From IMG/VR virus record IMGVR_UViG_3300027996_003225: 64,000 nt of DNA; one strand, written 5' to 3'. Made by a program: the position numbers and the translations under genes. The notes under the pieces are model-generated. The model made no database searches and was not told the DNA's origin. It saw only the letters and a program-made list of their open reading frames with translations. This document shows, in pieces, positions 37,818 through 48,077 of the stretch (its first letter is position 1; every line of letters begins with the position of its first letter). This DNA is from a virus.

Positions 37818-39050
37818 TTATCCTTGAATCTTCTTTTCTATTAAACCCGGTTTTCCTAATAAATCAATAATTGCTTCTCTGATTTTTACGTCTCTTTCTT
37901 CCTCTGAAATTTCAGAAGCAGGCCCCCAACTAGATACATTGTCTTCTGAGTCAGACATTATATCTGTGGTCACAACGTTAGAAGGAGGGCTTTCCGACAT
38001 TAAAACATTCTCATCTACATATTCTTTCAAGCTTCCCTTGTATCTCCAAGGCAAAATTTGAGCTATTCCTATAAAGTTGACAATATCTTCTGTGAATTGA
38101 TCTTTTATTATTTTTGAAAAGACTTCGTTGTCATTGTCCCAGTTTTCCCCGTCAGTAAAATAAATTACGTACACATTCCACTTTTCAGGAGGAAACCTAT
38201 TTTCCATCTGCTTTGAAATTAATTTCAAAGCAGATGAACATGTTGTTCCACCACCATATCGGTATTTATAGAATCTTTTCTCATCAACTTCCGAAGCTTC
38301 TGTGTCGTGCCAAATATAACATCTTTCGACACGTTTATAAAACTGCCTTATCCATAAATCTATCCACCAAGACATATCGCTAACAATATCACACTTTGTC
38401 TGGTCCATTGAAGCAGATCCATCACGAGCGAAAAATATAACAGCATTGCTCGATGGAACTTTTATTTCTTTATATCGCCTATACCTGCGATCACTGTTTA
38501 TCGGCATGATCATTTTTACAGGCTCCTTCATGCCGGGAATGGCATGGAGTTTTTCCAATTCTCCAGAAGCAGCCATTCTCTTCATGGCTTGCTGCATAGT
38601 TCTTCGATTGTGCCTTAAGGATTCTGGACCTTGTAATGAAATATCATTGTATTTAATTTTAATTTCATCATAAGTTTGATTTGGCTTTGGCTTTAAATCA
38701 GGAAGTTCTAATTCATCCTGAAGAAATTTTAAAACATCTTCCAAGTCTATGGATATAGTAACGCCATCAGATTGTCCTTGTCCTGCCTTGCCCTTGCCTT
38801 TTCCATCGCCTGGATCATCTCTCCCAACTACGTCTCCAGGTTTTCCACCGCCACGTCCGACTCCCTCGCCACTATTCCCATAAACAATATGTGGTATGTC
38901 TATTTTTGGGATTGTGATGTTTATCTTTTTCCCATCTCCACGAGTTCTAAATATAGATCCGTTTTTAATCCTCTTTTGAAGATCTTTTCTTATTCGGCCA
39001 GAATAAACATCTCTAAATCTTTTGTGGTCTTCTTCAATACGTCTTGGCAT
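37818..39050 (-). CDS. yeaH: YeaH/YhbH (DUF444) vWA protein
   Basis: LQDELELPDLKPK, DRRYR, RDGSASM (MIDAS), GGGTTCSS, YFTDGENW. Confidence 0.93.
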   Translation of the reverse strand: MPRRIEEDHKRFRDVYSGRIRKDLQKRIKNGSIFRTRGDGKKINITIPKIDIPHIVYGNSGEGVGRGGGKPGDVVGRDDPGDGKGKGKAGQGQSDGVTISIDLEDVLKFLQDELELPDLKPKPNQTYDEIKIKYNDISLQGPESLRHNRRTMQQAMKRMAASGELEKLHAIPGMKEPVKMIMPINSDRRYRRYKEIKVPSSNAVIFFARDGSASMDQTKCDIVSDMSWWIDLWIRQFYKRVERCYIWHDTEASEVDEKRFYKYRYGGGTTCSSALKLISKQMENRFPPEKWNVYVIYFTDGENWDNDNEVFSKIIKDQFTEDIVNFIGIAQILPWRYKGSLKEYVDENVLMSESPPSNVVTTDIMSDSEDNVSSWGPASEISEEERDVKIREAIIDLLGKPGLIEKKIQG

Positions 39051-39125
39051 TACTGAACCCTTTAGTAGTCTAAAATAAAGAGCCACCCCCACAAAGAAGT
39101 GAAGAGTGGCTCATCCTCTTTATAT

Positions 39126-41240
39126 CTAGGAGTCGTTAGCTACATCGCCTCTTGCAAATATAGAACCAACATAATCAAGAACATCCGTTGCGGATTTTTC
39201 GTTATATCCATGATGCTTAATCAAGCGGGACTTAATTGCATCAATTTTTTCTTGAACGTCTGGATCAACTACAGAGGCACCAAGAGAATTTAAAGCAGAA
39301 AGCTTTATGTGATCTCTAGTGTCTTCGAATAGTTTGGTTTGCAAAGCCTTTTGCAACTGTGGGTTACTATCCCACTTAAAGGTTTTGCTTTCATGGGCAA
39401 GATTTCCAATGAAAGCTGCCAAACTTCTGCGGAAGTCGTCAGAGCCAACTTCTGGAACATCAATTTTTTCTTCAATCGATCTCATCAACTGCTCATCTGG
39501 CAACTGTTCCTGTCCTGTGTACGGATTGGTCACTTTTGCCTTTTTAATGTATGCCATCACGTTATCGACATAATTAGTACAAAGTCTAATAATGGCATTC
39601 TCATCACCAACAAGTGCTTTTTGAACTTCTGTTTTCAAAATCTCATCTAGCTCTTTCATAGCAAAATCAACACAAGTGTTAAACCTACTTGCGTCCTCTT
39701 GATTAGAGATCAAAGAAGATCCGTCAAGTCCTTCACGAATTTCATTCAGCACCATGAATGGATTGATGTAATCATGGTGAGAACTCAAACAGTTAGAAAT
39801 CTTGTCCTGAACATATCGAGCAGAGACTCCGCCAGACATCCCTTCATTTGGATATTTATCTCGCATTTCTTTTACTGAATCTTCAGTCCAGCCAGGCATT
39901 GATTTTCCATCATAAAGCTTTGACTTCTCTACCAAAGAAATTTTGCCATCTTTATCATCTTGCAATCTTGTCAAAACCGCCCAAAGAGCGGCAATCTCTA
40001 AAGTATGAGGAGCAACATGCTGAGGAACTTTACTTTTGCCGTAATCGTTCTGATAAACTTTAAGTTCATCAGAAAGACTTAAAAGATATGGAACATCGAT
40101 CTTCACAGTTCTATCACGCAAGGCTTCCATGCTTTGATTGTTCTTGAGTTTTTCATACTCAGGATTATTTGTATGCCCAATTAAGACTTCATCGACCCCA
40201 ATCTGAGCGAACTTTTTCGGCTTTATGCTTCGCTCTTGAGACGCTCCCAAAAGATCGTACAAAAACTCTTGAGCAAGCTTCAGCATCTCAATAAATTCAA
40301 CAACACCACGATTCCCCACACAAAACTCACCATCAAAGTTGAAAGCTCTAGGATCACTATCAGATCCAAAGTGAGGAAGCTTCGCATAATTGATGTCACC
40401 AGTTAGCTCAGTAGCATCTTGATTCTTTTCGTCTTTAGGTTGAAAAGTTGCAATCCCGCATCTGTCTGCTTCAGAATAAACTTTTCTCACAACAACAATG
40501 TGCTCGTCAACAACCTTTCTCCAATCACCCTTGTGTATTTTCAAAAGTTCATCCATAAACTTTTTACATCTCGGATTAAGCTCCCCGTCGCAACGGAGTT
40601 CGTATGTTTGCTCTCCTTGAGGGTGATTCCCAAACTCTGCCTTTACTTCATTCAAATCTTTGAGAAGTTCTGCTCGTACTTTCATGGGCACTAACTTAAT
40701 GGGATCGTCATGCATCGGACAATCATCAGAATCATTTGTATAAATTCCATCGGACCCTGTTGGAAGGTTTTTCCAACGGTATGTATACCAAGCACCTTGG
40801 TCTGTTTGAGAGTATTCTTCCATGCCTCTTTTGATAAGTCGGCAAATTGTAGACTTAGACGAACCTACTGGCCCGTGGAGAAGAAGAATTCTTTTTTCGG
40901 TTCCGTACCAACCGGCAGCACCCCGAATAAATTTAACCAATTCATGTAGAGTATTGTCCAAACCATAAATTGGAATTTCATCATTATCAAAGAAGTTATA
41001 ATGGATATAGGTTTTTCGATACTTTTTAAACTCAGAAGTTCCAGCATTCATGATCATATCATAAACTCGCTGGTAAGCTGATCGGACTAAGCCTGGACTT
41101 TTATAACAACTATCAATGTACTCAGAAAAAGTCATTTCCTGATTAAGTGTTTGAAATTTACCAGTATCAAAAAATCCAGCAAGCTTGTCTAGCTTAGAAG
41201 TGCCTTCATGCTCTTCCTTGTTGAAATTTTCATTTTCCAT
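39126..41240 (-). CDS. prkA: PrkA/YeaG AAA+ ATPase/serine kinase
   Basis: LHGPVGSSKST, DEKNQD.TELTG, GNRGVVEFIEMLK, EALRDR, VAPHTLE. Confidence 0.95.
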   Translation of the reverse strand: MENENFNKEEHEGTSKLDKLAGFFDTGKFQTLNQEMTFSEYIDSCYKSPGLVRSAYQRVYDMIMNAGTSEFKKYRKTYIHYNFFDNDEIPIYGLDNTLHELVKFIRGAAGWYGTEKRILLLHGPVGSSKSTICRLIKRGMEEYSQTDQGAWYTYRWKNLPTGSDGIYTNDSDDCPMHDDPIKLVPMKVRAELLKDLNEVKAEFGNHPQGEQTYELRCDGELNPRCKKFMDELLKIHKGDWRKVVDEHIVVVRKVYSEADRCGIATFQPKDEKNQDATELTGDINYAKLPHFGSDSDPRAFNFDGEFCVGNRGVVEFIEMLKLAQEFLYDLLGASQERSIKPKKFAQIGVDEVLIGHTNNPEYEKLKNNQSMEALRDRTVKIDVPYLLSLSDELKVYQNDYGKSKVPQHVAPHTLEIAALWAVLTRLQDDKDGKISLVEKSKLYDGKSMPGWTEDSVKEMRDKYPNEGMSGGVSARYVQDKISNCLSSHHDYINPFMVLNEIREGLDGSSLISNQEDASRFNTCVDFAMKELDEILKTEVQKALVGDENAIIRLCTNYVDNVMAYIKKAKVTNPYTGQEQLPDEQLMRSIEEKIDVPEVGSDDFRRSLAAFIGNLAHESKTFKWDSNPQLQKALQTKLFEDTRDHIKLSALNSLGASVVDPDVQEKIDAIKSRLIKHHGYNEKSATDVLDYVGSIFARGDVANDS

Positions 41241-41361
41241 GAGAAGTTCCTATTCTATAATTTCGAAAGTTTGGAGAGTTTGGAGATTCTTGTTCCCGAA
41301 TATAAAAGAGTATAAGACCTTCTAGAATTATGATCAATGCTAATTTGTTTGATAAATTATT

Positions 41362-41730
41362 TTACTTAACCTCGCCAAAATTTTCGCCACTAGTGATGTC
41401 ATCGATCTGTTGACCAAACTTTTTAACATCAGCATCTCCATACGGATCAGTTCCCATTTTGCTAACAGCTTCTGCAATTTTTCTGGTCGCTTTCACACCG
41501 CCTGGTTTTTCCATTTTATGTTTAAACCTATAATCGTGCGAATTGTTAAACTTATCTGTTCCCTCTGGATTTGAAAAAGAAAAATTTGTAGAAGAAACCA
41601 AAGAAACTTTTGATTTTGATCCACATTCAGGACACTTGGCTTTTTTTATATTTTCTTCCCTGTTGGACATTGTAGACATGATGTCATAATCATGTCTACA
41701 TTTTTTACATTCTAATTCATAAAAAGGCAT
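41362..41730 (-). CDS. FmdB-like zinc-ribbon protein
   Basis: MPFYELECKKC..CPECGS..LVS. Confidence 0.8.
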   Translation of the reverse strand: MPFYELECKKCRHDYDIMSTMSNREENIKKAKCPECGSKSKVSLVSSTNFSFSNPEGTDKFNNSHDYRFKHKMEKPGGVKATRKIAEAVSKMGTDPYGDADVKKFGQQIDDITSGENFGEVK

Positions 41731-41732
41731 TT

Positions 41733-42059
41733 TTACTCCGAGTCTTCTTCGTTTTCGTTTTTATCTTGTGTTTTTTTATACATCAATATATACAGTAATG
41801 TATAAAGTTCGGCTATTTTTTTTGACTTGTATTCTGGTGATCTGAATCTCCAAAACCAACTTTTTTCTAATGTTTTACGTACTGTTTCCAAAACCTTGGG
41901 TCTAGGATCTTTTGTCTTAACTTCAACGTGCGGCACCTCAAGGTATTCTCGCATTATATCTTCTTCATCAAAATAACGTTCTTCATTGAAAAAATTATCT
42001 ATATCGTCCCTGAAATCTTCGTTGCCATCATAATCGAAATATCTCATCCTTTCCTCCAT
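41733..42059 (-). CDS. Hypothetical protein
   Basis: 108-aa ORF. Confidence 0.55.
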   Translation of the reverse strand: MEERMRYFDYDGNEDFRDDIDNFFNEERYFDEEDIMREYLEVPHVEVKTKDPRPKVLETVRKTLEKSWFWRFRSPEYKSKKIAELYTLLYILMYKKTQDKNENEEDSE

Positions 42060-42060
42060 C

Positions 42061-42591
42061 CTAAAAGGTAGCCTTGTATAATTTTTCTGCCTTTTCCCAC
42101 AGCTTAATTATCCTAGATTCATTAACGCTCATTTCGGAACTTATAAATCTTCGAGATATAGCACCAAAGGGTAGTACATTTTTATTTATGCACTCAGCTA
42201 AAACAAAGTTACCAACTCCATCTAAATAACTTACGAATGTAGATTGTTCATTAGATTTAGAAGAAGTAATTTTATCCCCTAAATAAGTGTCAACGGCCAT
42301 AACGTCAGAATTAATAAATAAAGTTTTTTCAAAATGTCTACTAAATTTCGTTTTAGCAACATTTAAATAATTTTGATCATTATATTGAGAAAAATTAATT
42401 TTACATCTTTTTGCCCAATTTGAAACAATATCGCTTTTAATAAAGTCTCCTCTTGCAAGTATGAAAACCTTTGCGTCTGGTAAATTCTTAACAATTGAAT
42501 ACCATGAGCAAAACGCCATCCATGGCTCAAATGGGTCTTTATCAATATTAATAACAACAGCTAAGTTGTCGCCAGTTTTAGAGATAGTCAT
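42061..42591 (-). CDS. Hypothetical protein
   Basis: 176-aa ORF. Confidence 0.55.
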   Translation of the reverse strand: MTISKTGDNLAVVINIDKDPFEPWMAFCSWYSIVKNLPDAKVFILARGDFIKSDIVSNWAKRCKINFSQYNDQNYLNVAKTKFSRHFEKTLFINSDVMAVDTYLGDKITSSKSNEQSTFVSYLDGVGNFVLAECINKNVLPFGAISRRFISSEMSVNESRIIKLWEKAEKLYKATF

Positions 42592-42673
42592 GTTTTAATT
42601 TAGTTACCAGTGTAAATTTTCAATAACTAAATAAACTACTTAGACTTACAATCGCAGTGACTGCTTTATTGCT

Positions 42674-42880
42674 TTATTCCTTTGATTCATCTTCTATCAA
42701 TTCTCCAGATTCAGCATCAACGATAGCAAAATCAGAAACATCCATTTTCAATGTTTCTACATACTCTGCACATGCAGCGAGCATTTCTTTCGCTTCTTCA
42801 ACATCAGAAGTAAACCACAATCCAACTTGAGGATGCTTTAAGGTTCTGCCTGTCTTTTTATTCAATAAAGTATACATCAA
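42674..42880 (-). CDS. Hypothetical protein
   Basis: 68-aa ORF. Confidence 0.55.
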   Translation of the reverse strand: MMYTLLNKKTGRTLKHPQVGLWFTSDVEEAKEMLAACAEYVETLKMDVSDFAIVDAESGELIEDESKE

Positions 42881-43269
42881 CCTATATTAGTATCAGGCGA
42901 TGGAACTTGAACCGTTGAGTTAGCATTATTTTGAGCTTGTCCAAATTGTTGAGGCTGACCTATGCCGCCGCCACGAACCGAACCAGATTTTGGCGTCGAG
43001 GGTGGGGACATATTAGAAGCAGGGGGAACAGGATTCGGCTGAGTGCCGGGACTCATGTTTGAAGCTGGTCTTTTGTTGTTTGTTTGCAATTTGTCAGACA
43101 CATTAAATGCCGATCTGGGCTTTTTAGAACTATTTAAATTATCTTGAGGATTGATGCCTGCCATTTGTGGATTAGCAGGTGCTACAGGGCTTTCTCCTGC
43201 CCTTCCTGCTGCGTTCATTCCTGTGGCACTTGCTCCCGTGCCTTGCTCAAGCCATTTTCTGAATTCCAT
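42877..43269 (-). CDS. Low-complexity P/G/N/Q protein with CTS-like N-terminus (MEFRKWLEQ)
   Basis: PASNMSP twice; TACATAATAGT before ATG. Confidence 0.65.
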   Translation of the reverse strand: MEFRKWLEQGTGASATGMNAAGRAGESPVAPANPQMAGINPQDNLNSSKKPRSAFNVSDKLQTNNKRPASNMSPGTQPNPVPPASNMSPPSTPKSGSVRGGGIGQPQQFGQAQNNANSTVQVPSPDTNIG

Positions 43270-43283
43270 ACTATTATGTAGAT

Positions 43284-43562
43284 ATGGGACGTAAAAAAAC
43301 GCTAATCAACAAGAAAAACAAGAAAAGATTAGAAAGCTGTGCTTTTTGCGAATGTGCAGACTATGAAATTTTAGATGTCCACAGAATAAACGAAGGAGCA
43401 GACGGAGGAAGATATACCAGTCACAACTCCTTGACTGTCTGTGCAAACTGCCATCGGAAAATTCATTCTGGAAAAATAAAAACATTCAGAAAGCATCTAA
43501 GCACTGGCGGATATGTCCTTCATTGTGAAATCGAAGGACAAGAACAGTTTTTGAAACTATGA
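43284..43562 (+). CDS. HNH endonuclease
   Basis: CAFC..DVHRI..N..VCANCHRKIH. Confidence 0.85.
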   Translation: MGRKKTLINKKNKKRLESCAFCECADYEILDVHRINEGADGGRYTSHNSLTVCANCHRKIHSGKIKTFRKHLSTGGYVLHCEIEGQEQFLKL

Positions 43563-43823
43563 TTACTTCTTTGCGTTATTGTCAGGCAAAAATTTTGCTG
43601 CATCGGCTGGCTTTAGCTGGCCGCTATCGATTGCTTTTATAACATTATTTTTTACAGCATCTTTTACGGCTTTAGAATCTCCACCACTTTTGATTGTTTT
43701 TGTGGTGTCTGCTTTAATTTGCTGGCTCAACTGAGAATTCTCTGCGTCCTTTTCCGCATTGCCCTGTTGTCCCACTTCCATCTCTTTAAGAGATACCCAT
43801 TTTTCAAAAGAATAATTATTCAT
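43563..43823 (-). CDS. Small protein with CTS-like N-terminus (MNNYSFEKWVSLKE)
   Basis: 86-aa ORF. Confidence 0.6.
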   Translation of the reverse strand: MNNYSFEKWVSLKEMEVGQQGNAEKDAENSQLSQQIKADTTKTIKSGGDSKAVKDAVKNNVIKAIDSGQLKPADAAKFLPDNNAKK

Positions 43824-43880
43824 AGTAATTTATCTATGTTTGAAGCGTAAATATTTAAAACTTTATTTAAGGATGGATAA

Positions 43881-44066
43881 ATGAAAAAAATACTAACTTT
43901 ACTAATTTTGGGAATGTGTTTTTCCCTAACTGGATGCTCTTCCGACGACTCTTCCTGCTGCTGTGAGGGGGATAAATGCCATTGTGTGGATATCGGTGCC
44001 TGCTGCTGTGAAGAAGGCAAATGCAAAATAGAATGTGATTGCGAAGGATGCGATTGCAGCAAATAA
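43881..44066 (+). CDS. Cys-rich metallothionein-like lipoprotein
   Basis: MKK-hydrophobic-LTGC lipobox, then 13 Cys in 42 aa; AGGA upstream. Confidence 0.7.
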   Translation: MKKILTLLILGMCFSLTGCSSDDSSCCCEGDKCHCVDIGACCCEEGKCKIECDCEGCDCSK

Positions 44067-44088
44067 ACGTTGCGCAGACCACATAGCA

Positions 44089-44613
44089 TCAAATAGGTTT
44101 CAACCTCGCCATAAACTCTATCTCTTCTATCATGGCGACAACGCCTTCTTTAATCAAGTCATCTACGGCTGTCTCTACTCCGAACCTTTTTCCGGGTCGC
44201 TGTAGATGATCCTTGTAGTCGTGACACAATATATCCTTAGCTCCACATCTAATTGATCCTAATATATCCCTCTTCACAACCTCTGCATCGTGGTTGCCAT
44301 CAATAAAAGCAAAATCTATTGATTCAGTAGTGGATTCAAAAAAATTATCACTAGACATGTGATGAACAATACAATTGGTTAATTTCCTTGCTTTTATTCC
44401 AGCTACGAAAGCTGCCTTCCATTCTTCAATAGGCCATATATCGACACAATGAATTTTGCCGTTGCATATTTCAGCCATTGGAAAAATTGATGCACCTTGA
44501 TATACGCCTATGTTGACTATATTCTGATAATTGTTTTCTTTGACAATCTCAGCCATTATTTGATATTGCTTATTTGAGCATTTTCCTCTCATGCCAGTAT
44601 ATAGTAATATCAA
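44089..44613 (-). CDS. Class I SAM methyltransferase (Methyltransf_24-like)
   Basis: IGVYQGAS, DFAFIDGNH, ILCHDY. Confidence 0.8.
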   Translation of the reverse strand: MILLYTGMRGKCSNKQYQIMAEIVKENNYQNIVNIGVYQGASIFPMAEICNGKIHCVDIWPIEEWKAAFVAGIKARKLTNCIVHHMSSDNFFESTTESIDFAFIDGNHDAEVVKRDILGSIRCGAKDILCHDYKDHLQRPGKRFGVETAVDDLIKEGVVAMIEEIEFMARLKPI

Positions 44614-44640
44614 ATAAATTGTATTTTTAAAAAGTTTGAG

Positions 44641-45420
44641 GTGTGGGTAAATAAATATATGATTAATGTCTTAATGTGTACTTATAAATCTGGCGATGTA
44701 TTGCCTTTATCTTTAAAGCCTCTTGTGGACTTTCCGGGAATCACCAAGATACTCATAGCAGATGGTCCTCATGGTGGCCCAATTAAGCCGGGAATAAAAT
44801 TTGATGAACCTTCTGTCTACAAGATAGCAGAAAAGTTTAACAAAAGTGGAAAAATACATTATGAGTATACTGACACCTGCAAAAACAGAGCATTGAAGAA
44901 CAACAGTGTTTTAAAGCACACTACAGACGATTGCAAATGGATTTTAAATGTAGACTCTGATGAGGTTTATCACGAAGATGGGTTGAAAAGGCTATTTGAA
45001 TTCATCCTCACTACTGGCAATGGGTACGATAAATATAGAATCAAAACTATTGACCCTATTGATGATTTTTTCCACGAGATCAGAATACCAGATTGGAAGC
45101 CAAGACTTTACAAATACAAAAAAGGATACATCTGTCCTCCGGGCGATTGTAGAGCACATCAATATGTTGTTGACCCAAACAAAATAAATTCTCACAGAGA
45201 AGCAATAGAAAAATTGCCAGAAGACATTTGTAAAATATATCATCTAAATGCTTTGAGAAACGCAAGTCTCCCACGCAAGAGAATTAAAACACTTAAGGAT
45301 GGTTCATATTGTTGGAGTGGCGGCAAAATGAAATTCTATTCTGAGAAATTCGAAATAGATCGAAAAGAAATACCTAACTGTATATTGAAATTAAACAAGG
45401 ATACATTGTGGACTATATAA
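44641..45420 (+). CDS. Glycosyltransferase family 2-like
   Basis: ILIADG, WILNVDSDE. Confidence 0.7.
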   Translation: MWVNKYMINVLMCTYKSGDVLPLSLKPLVDFPGITKILIADGPHGGPIKPGIKFDEPSVYKIAEKFNKSGKIHYEYTDTCKNRALKNNSVLKHTTDDCKWILNVDSDEVYHEDGLKRLFEFILTTGNGYDKYRIKTIDPIDDFFHEIRIPDWKPRLYKYKKGYICPPGDCRAHQYVVDPNKINSHREAIEKLPEDICKIYHLNALRNASLPRKRIKTLKDGSYCWSGGKMKFYSEKFEIDRKEIPNCILKLNKDTLWTI

Positions 45421-46082
45421 AATGGGCACAAACCGCAATAGAAAATGCTGGCAAAGAAGTTTCTAAGCTTAACAAGGGTGCTCTTATGGTTGACGGCATG
45501 TCTTCTACGAAGAGTCGCCATCTTCTTAATAATTTATGTGCATTTCCTGAAGCCGTTTATTTTGAGATAGGAAGTTGGAAAGGATCAACCATTATTGCTG
45601 CCTCGTTTGAAAATGAAGGTAAATTCTACGCTTTAGACCAATTCTCGTCTAAGTTTAAACAAAAAGAAAGTGCATCGGTAGACTTTTATGCTAACAAAGA
45701 AAGATTCTCTAAGCATTGCGATTATACTTTCTTCGAAGAAAACAGTTGGGAATTTGACGTGTCCAAGATAGAAGAAAAGGTTAATGTTTACTTCTATGAT
45801 GGAGACCACACTCCTGAAGGCACCATTAAAGCTTTTACGCATTACAATGATGTTTTCGCAGACACATTTATTATGGTGATGGATGATTGGAATAGAGGAC
45901 ACATTAGAACTTCCACTAAGGCTGCACTGAAGGGCTATAAGATACTCTTTGAGCAAGAGTTTTTTACTCCCGGTGGCAAGAATGACCCACATGGAACAAA
46001 AAGACTTGGATGCATGGAAGGAAGAGAAGTTGACACTTGGTGGAATGGTCTTTACTTGGCTGTGTTAGAAAAAACATCATAG
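45408..46082 (+). CDS. Class I SAM methyltransferase (Methyltransf_24-like)
   Basis: YFEIGSWKGST, YFYDGDH, MDDWN. Confidence 0.8.
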   Translation: MDYIKWAQTAIENAGKEVSKLNKGALMVDGMSSTKSRHLLNNLCAFPEAVYFEIGSWKGSTIIAASFENEGKFYALDQFSSKFKQKESASVDFYANKERFSKHCDYTFFEENSWEFDVSKIEEKVNVYFYDGDHTPEGTIKAFTHYNDVFADTFIMVMDDWNRGHIRTSTKAALKGYKILFEQEFFTPGGKNDPHGTKRLGCMEGREVDTWWNGLYLAVLEKTS

Positions 46083-46645
46083 TATTTGTCTGCAAACCAA
46101 TTGACTTCTTTAAGAAAACTTTCCTTGCATTTTGTGTCGATGTCTTCAAAATTATCACAGTGATATTCTTTGTTTGTATTTATCTTTATATCTAAATCTT
46201 CTTGACATATTTCAACGTCATTGATTTCAAAATCATCAAGCAAGGATTGCAAATAAACAATATCAGTTGTCATTTTTTCAAATCTTATCATCTTTATACC
46301 TTCTTCTAAATAGGAGTCTAGTATAGTGTAATGTTCTTTCATAAAAGGAACAACTGTTTCGCATTTAAATTTAGGTCTTCTATTGTATGCGGATAGAAAA
46401 ACATCATGAGGGTGACGAATTAGAATGGCTTTTTTTTCAACCTCTAAGTCTTTGAAAACATTCATCAAATAAGAATTAACTTCTCCATAAAAATCTTTTT
46501 GAAATCTGGGTTGGACTTTTTCTATTGGTGCTTTTCTTTGTATGCCCGGTTCATGCAAAACAGTCCAAACTTCAGACCTATTCATTAATTGGCTTAAAAA
46601 AGTAGTACCACTTCTCCCCATGCCTGTAATTGCAAAATTCTTCAT
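46052..46645 (-). CDS. Sulfotransferase-like P-loop protein
   Basis: FAITGMGRSGTTFL, VLHEP, LIRHP. Confidence 0.7.
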   Translation of the reverse strand: MKNFAITGMGRSGTTFLSQLMNRSEVWTVLHEPGIQRKAPIEKVQPRFQKDFYGEVNSYLMNVFKDLEVEKKAILIRHPHDVFLSAYNRRPKFKCETVVPFMKEHYTILDSYLEEGIKMIRFEKMTTDIVYLQSLLDDFEINDVEICQEDLDIKINTNKEYHCDNFEDIDTKCKESFLKEVNWFADKYYDVFSNTAK

Positions 46646-47268
46646 AGTTCTAGCAAAGCCCTCAATACAGTATTTTTTCTTTTTACATCTAGCACTTTTG
46701 CCCATTTGCTGAGGTAATCTTCAAATTCTTTCTCTGAATACCACCAATGCACATGCGTAGGATGATTGTAATGCTCCTTAAAGGGCACAGAGATTAACAT
46801 CTTGGCCGCAGGCTTAGTAAGCTTCTTTAAGCCCTCAAATATCTCCGTAGGGTCTTCTACGTGCTCGAAACAATGAGATGACCATACAGAGTCATATTCA
46901 GCTTCTTCTACCGTCTCATCTAGGTGTAAACACTCAAACGACACATCGTCTTGTATTTCGTGAGGCTGCAAGCCTTTGAGATAATTAGCTATTGCAATTG
47001 CTGTGCGGCTATTATCGATACCATGCACCTTGCGGCCTTTAAAGGCTAGGCAGATGTCAGAATGCCCTGAGCCGCATCCAAAATCAATGGTGTGCCCCGA
47101 TATCTCAGGATATGATTCTAACATGTCCAAGTATTCAAAATGCTTAGCCCAAAATTTGAAATACATTGTATGACGCTGCTTACTAAACATCCTGATATAG
47201 AAGATGTCATCTTCATCCCCTATGTCTTGTATGAGTTTAGCCAGTGTTGGGATGTCAGGCTCTACCAT
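46642..47268 (-). CDS. Class I SAM methyltransferase
   Basis: IDFGCGSG, GIDNS, SHCFEHVEDP. Confidence 0.85.
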   Translation of the reverse strand: MVEPDIPTLAKLIQDIGDEDDIFYIRMFSKQRHTMYFKFWAKHFEYLDMLESYPEISGHTIDFGCGSGHSDICLAFKGRKVHGIDNSRTAIAIANYLKGLQPHEIQDDVSFECLHLDETVEEAEYDSVWSSHCFEHVEDPTEIFEGLKKLTKPAAKMLISVPFKEHYNHPTHVHWWYSEKEFEDYLSKWAKVLDVKRKNTVLRALLEL

Positions 47269-48077
47269 GCGATATACTTACTCCAAAAGTCAATGTTGTC
47301 TAATATTGTTTGAGGATAGGTTTCGTCAACTGGGACCTTCGTAAGCGTTTGAACTTCGCCAGTCGAGAGCGTTCTGTCAAAAGGGTCTTGTTGTTTTGAA
47401 ATTCTTTCTTTAATCTTTTCTTCATCCGTGAACTTGTTTTTCATAAATTCAGGATGTCCTGCATTATTGATCTTGTAAGCAATTCCTTCAGGATCGGTAA
47501 GATAACTAAAGTGCTTGCCATCTGTATTTATGACACCAATGCCCTTGCGTTCATTTCGGAGTTTATAAATATTTTCATTCCGCTTTCTCAGTTCTCTGCC
47601 TGTAATGGCGTAAGAACATCTCCATCCCTTATTTGCGTCTTTCTGGCCTCTTTGCAGATTAATCTTGTAGTAATAGCAATGCATCGCCAGCTTTACGAAA
47701 CCATGCTCAGACGCAGCATCGATGATCCTCGGAAGGTCTTTCTTGTTGTTAATTTCATCAAGGTCAGAACAAATCAGCACATCGTCATCATCGTAATCAA
47801 AGAATCTTAAAACACCATTCTTTTGAATGGTGTCATTCGGCCTATGAGCATTGGGTGAGAATTCATCTTCAATAAAACAAAACTCTACTTTTGGATTGTT
47901 TTCATGCTTGTTGCCTTTTAAATTTAAAGGCTTTGGCAAACAATGCAGCGACTGATTCGATTCAATAAGAAATATCTTATCTACCGTATCTATTTCTTCA
48001 GCAACCTTCAAATCAAGAAGGTCGTATTCATTAAAAAAAGGGGAACAACTATAAACTTTCATTTTGACCACCACCAA
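47262..48077 (-). CDS. GT17 (beta-1,4-GlcNAc transferase)-like glycosyltransferase
   Basis: FFNEYDLL, LIES, ICSDLDEI, HFSY. Confidence 0.8.
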   Translation of the reverse strand: MVVVKMKVYSCSPFFNEYDLLDLKVAEEIDTVDKIFLIESNQSLHCLPKPLNLKGNKHENNPKVEFCFIEDEFSPNAHRPNDTIQKNGVLRFFDYDDDDVLICSDLDEINNKKDLPRIIDAASEHGFVKLAMHCYYYKINLQRGQKDANKGWRCSYAITGRELRKRNENIYKLRNERKGIGVINTDGKHFSYLTDPEGIAYKINNAGHPEFMKNKFTDEEKIKERISKQQDPFDRTLSTGEVQTLTKVPVDETYPQTILDNIDFWSKYIAW

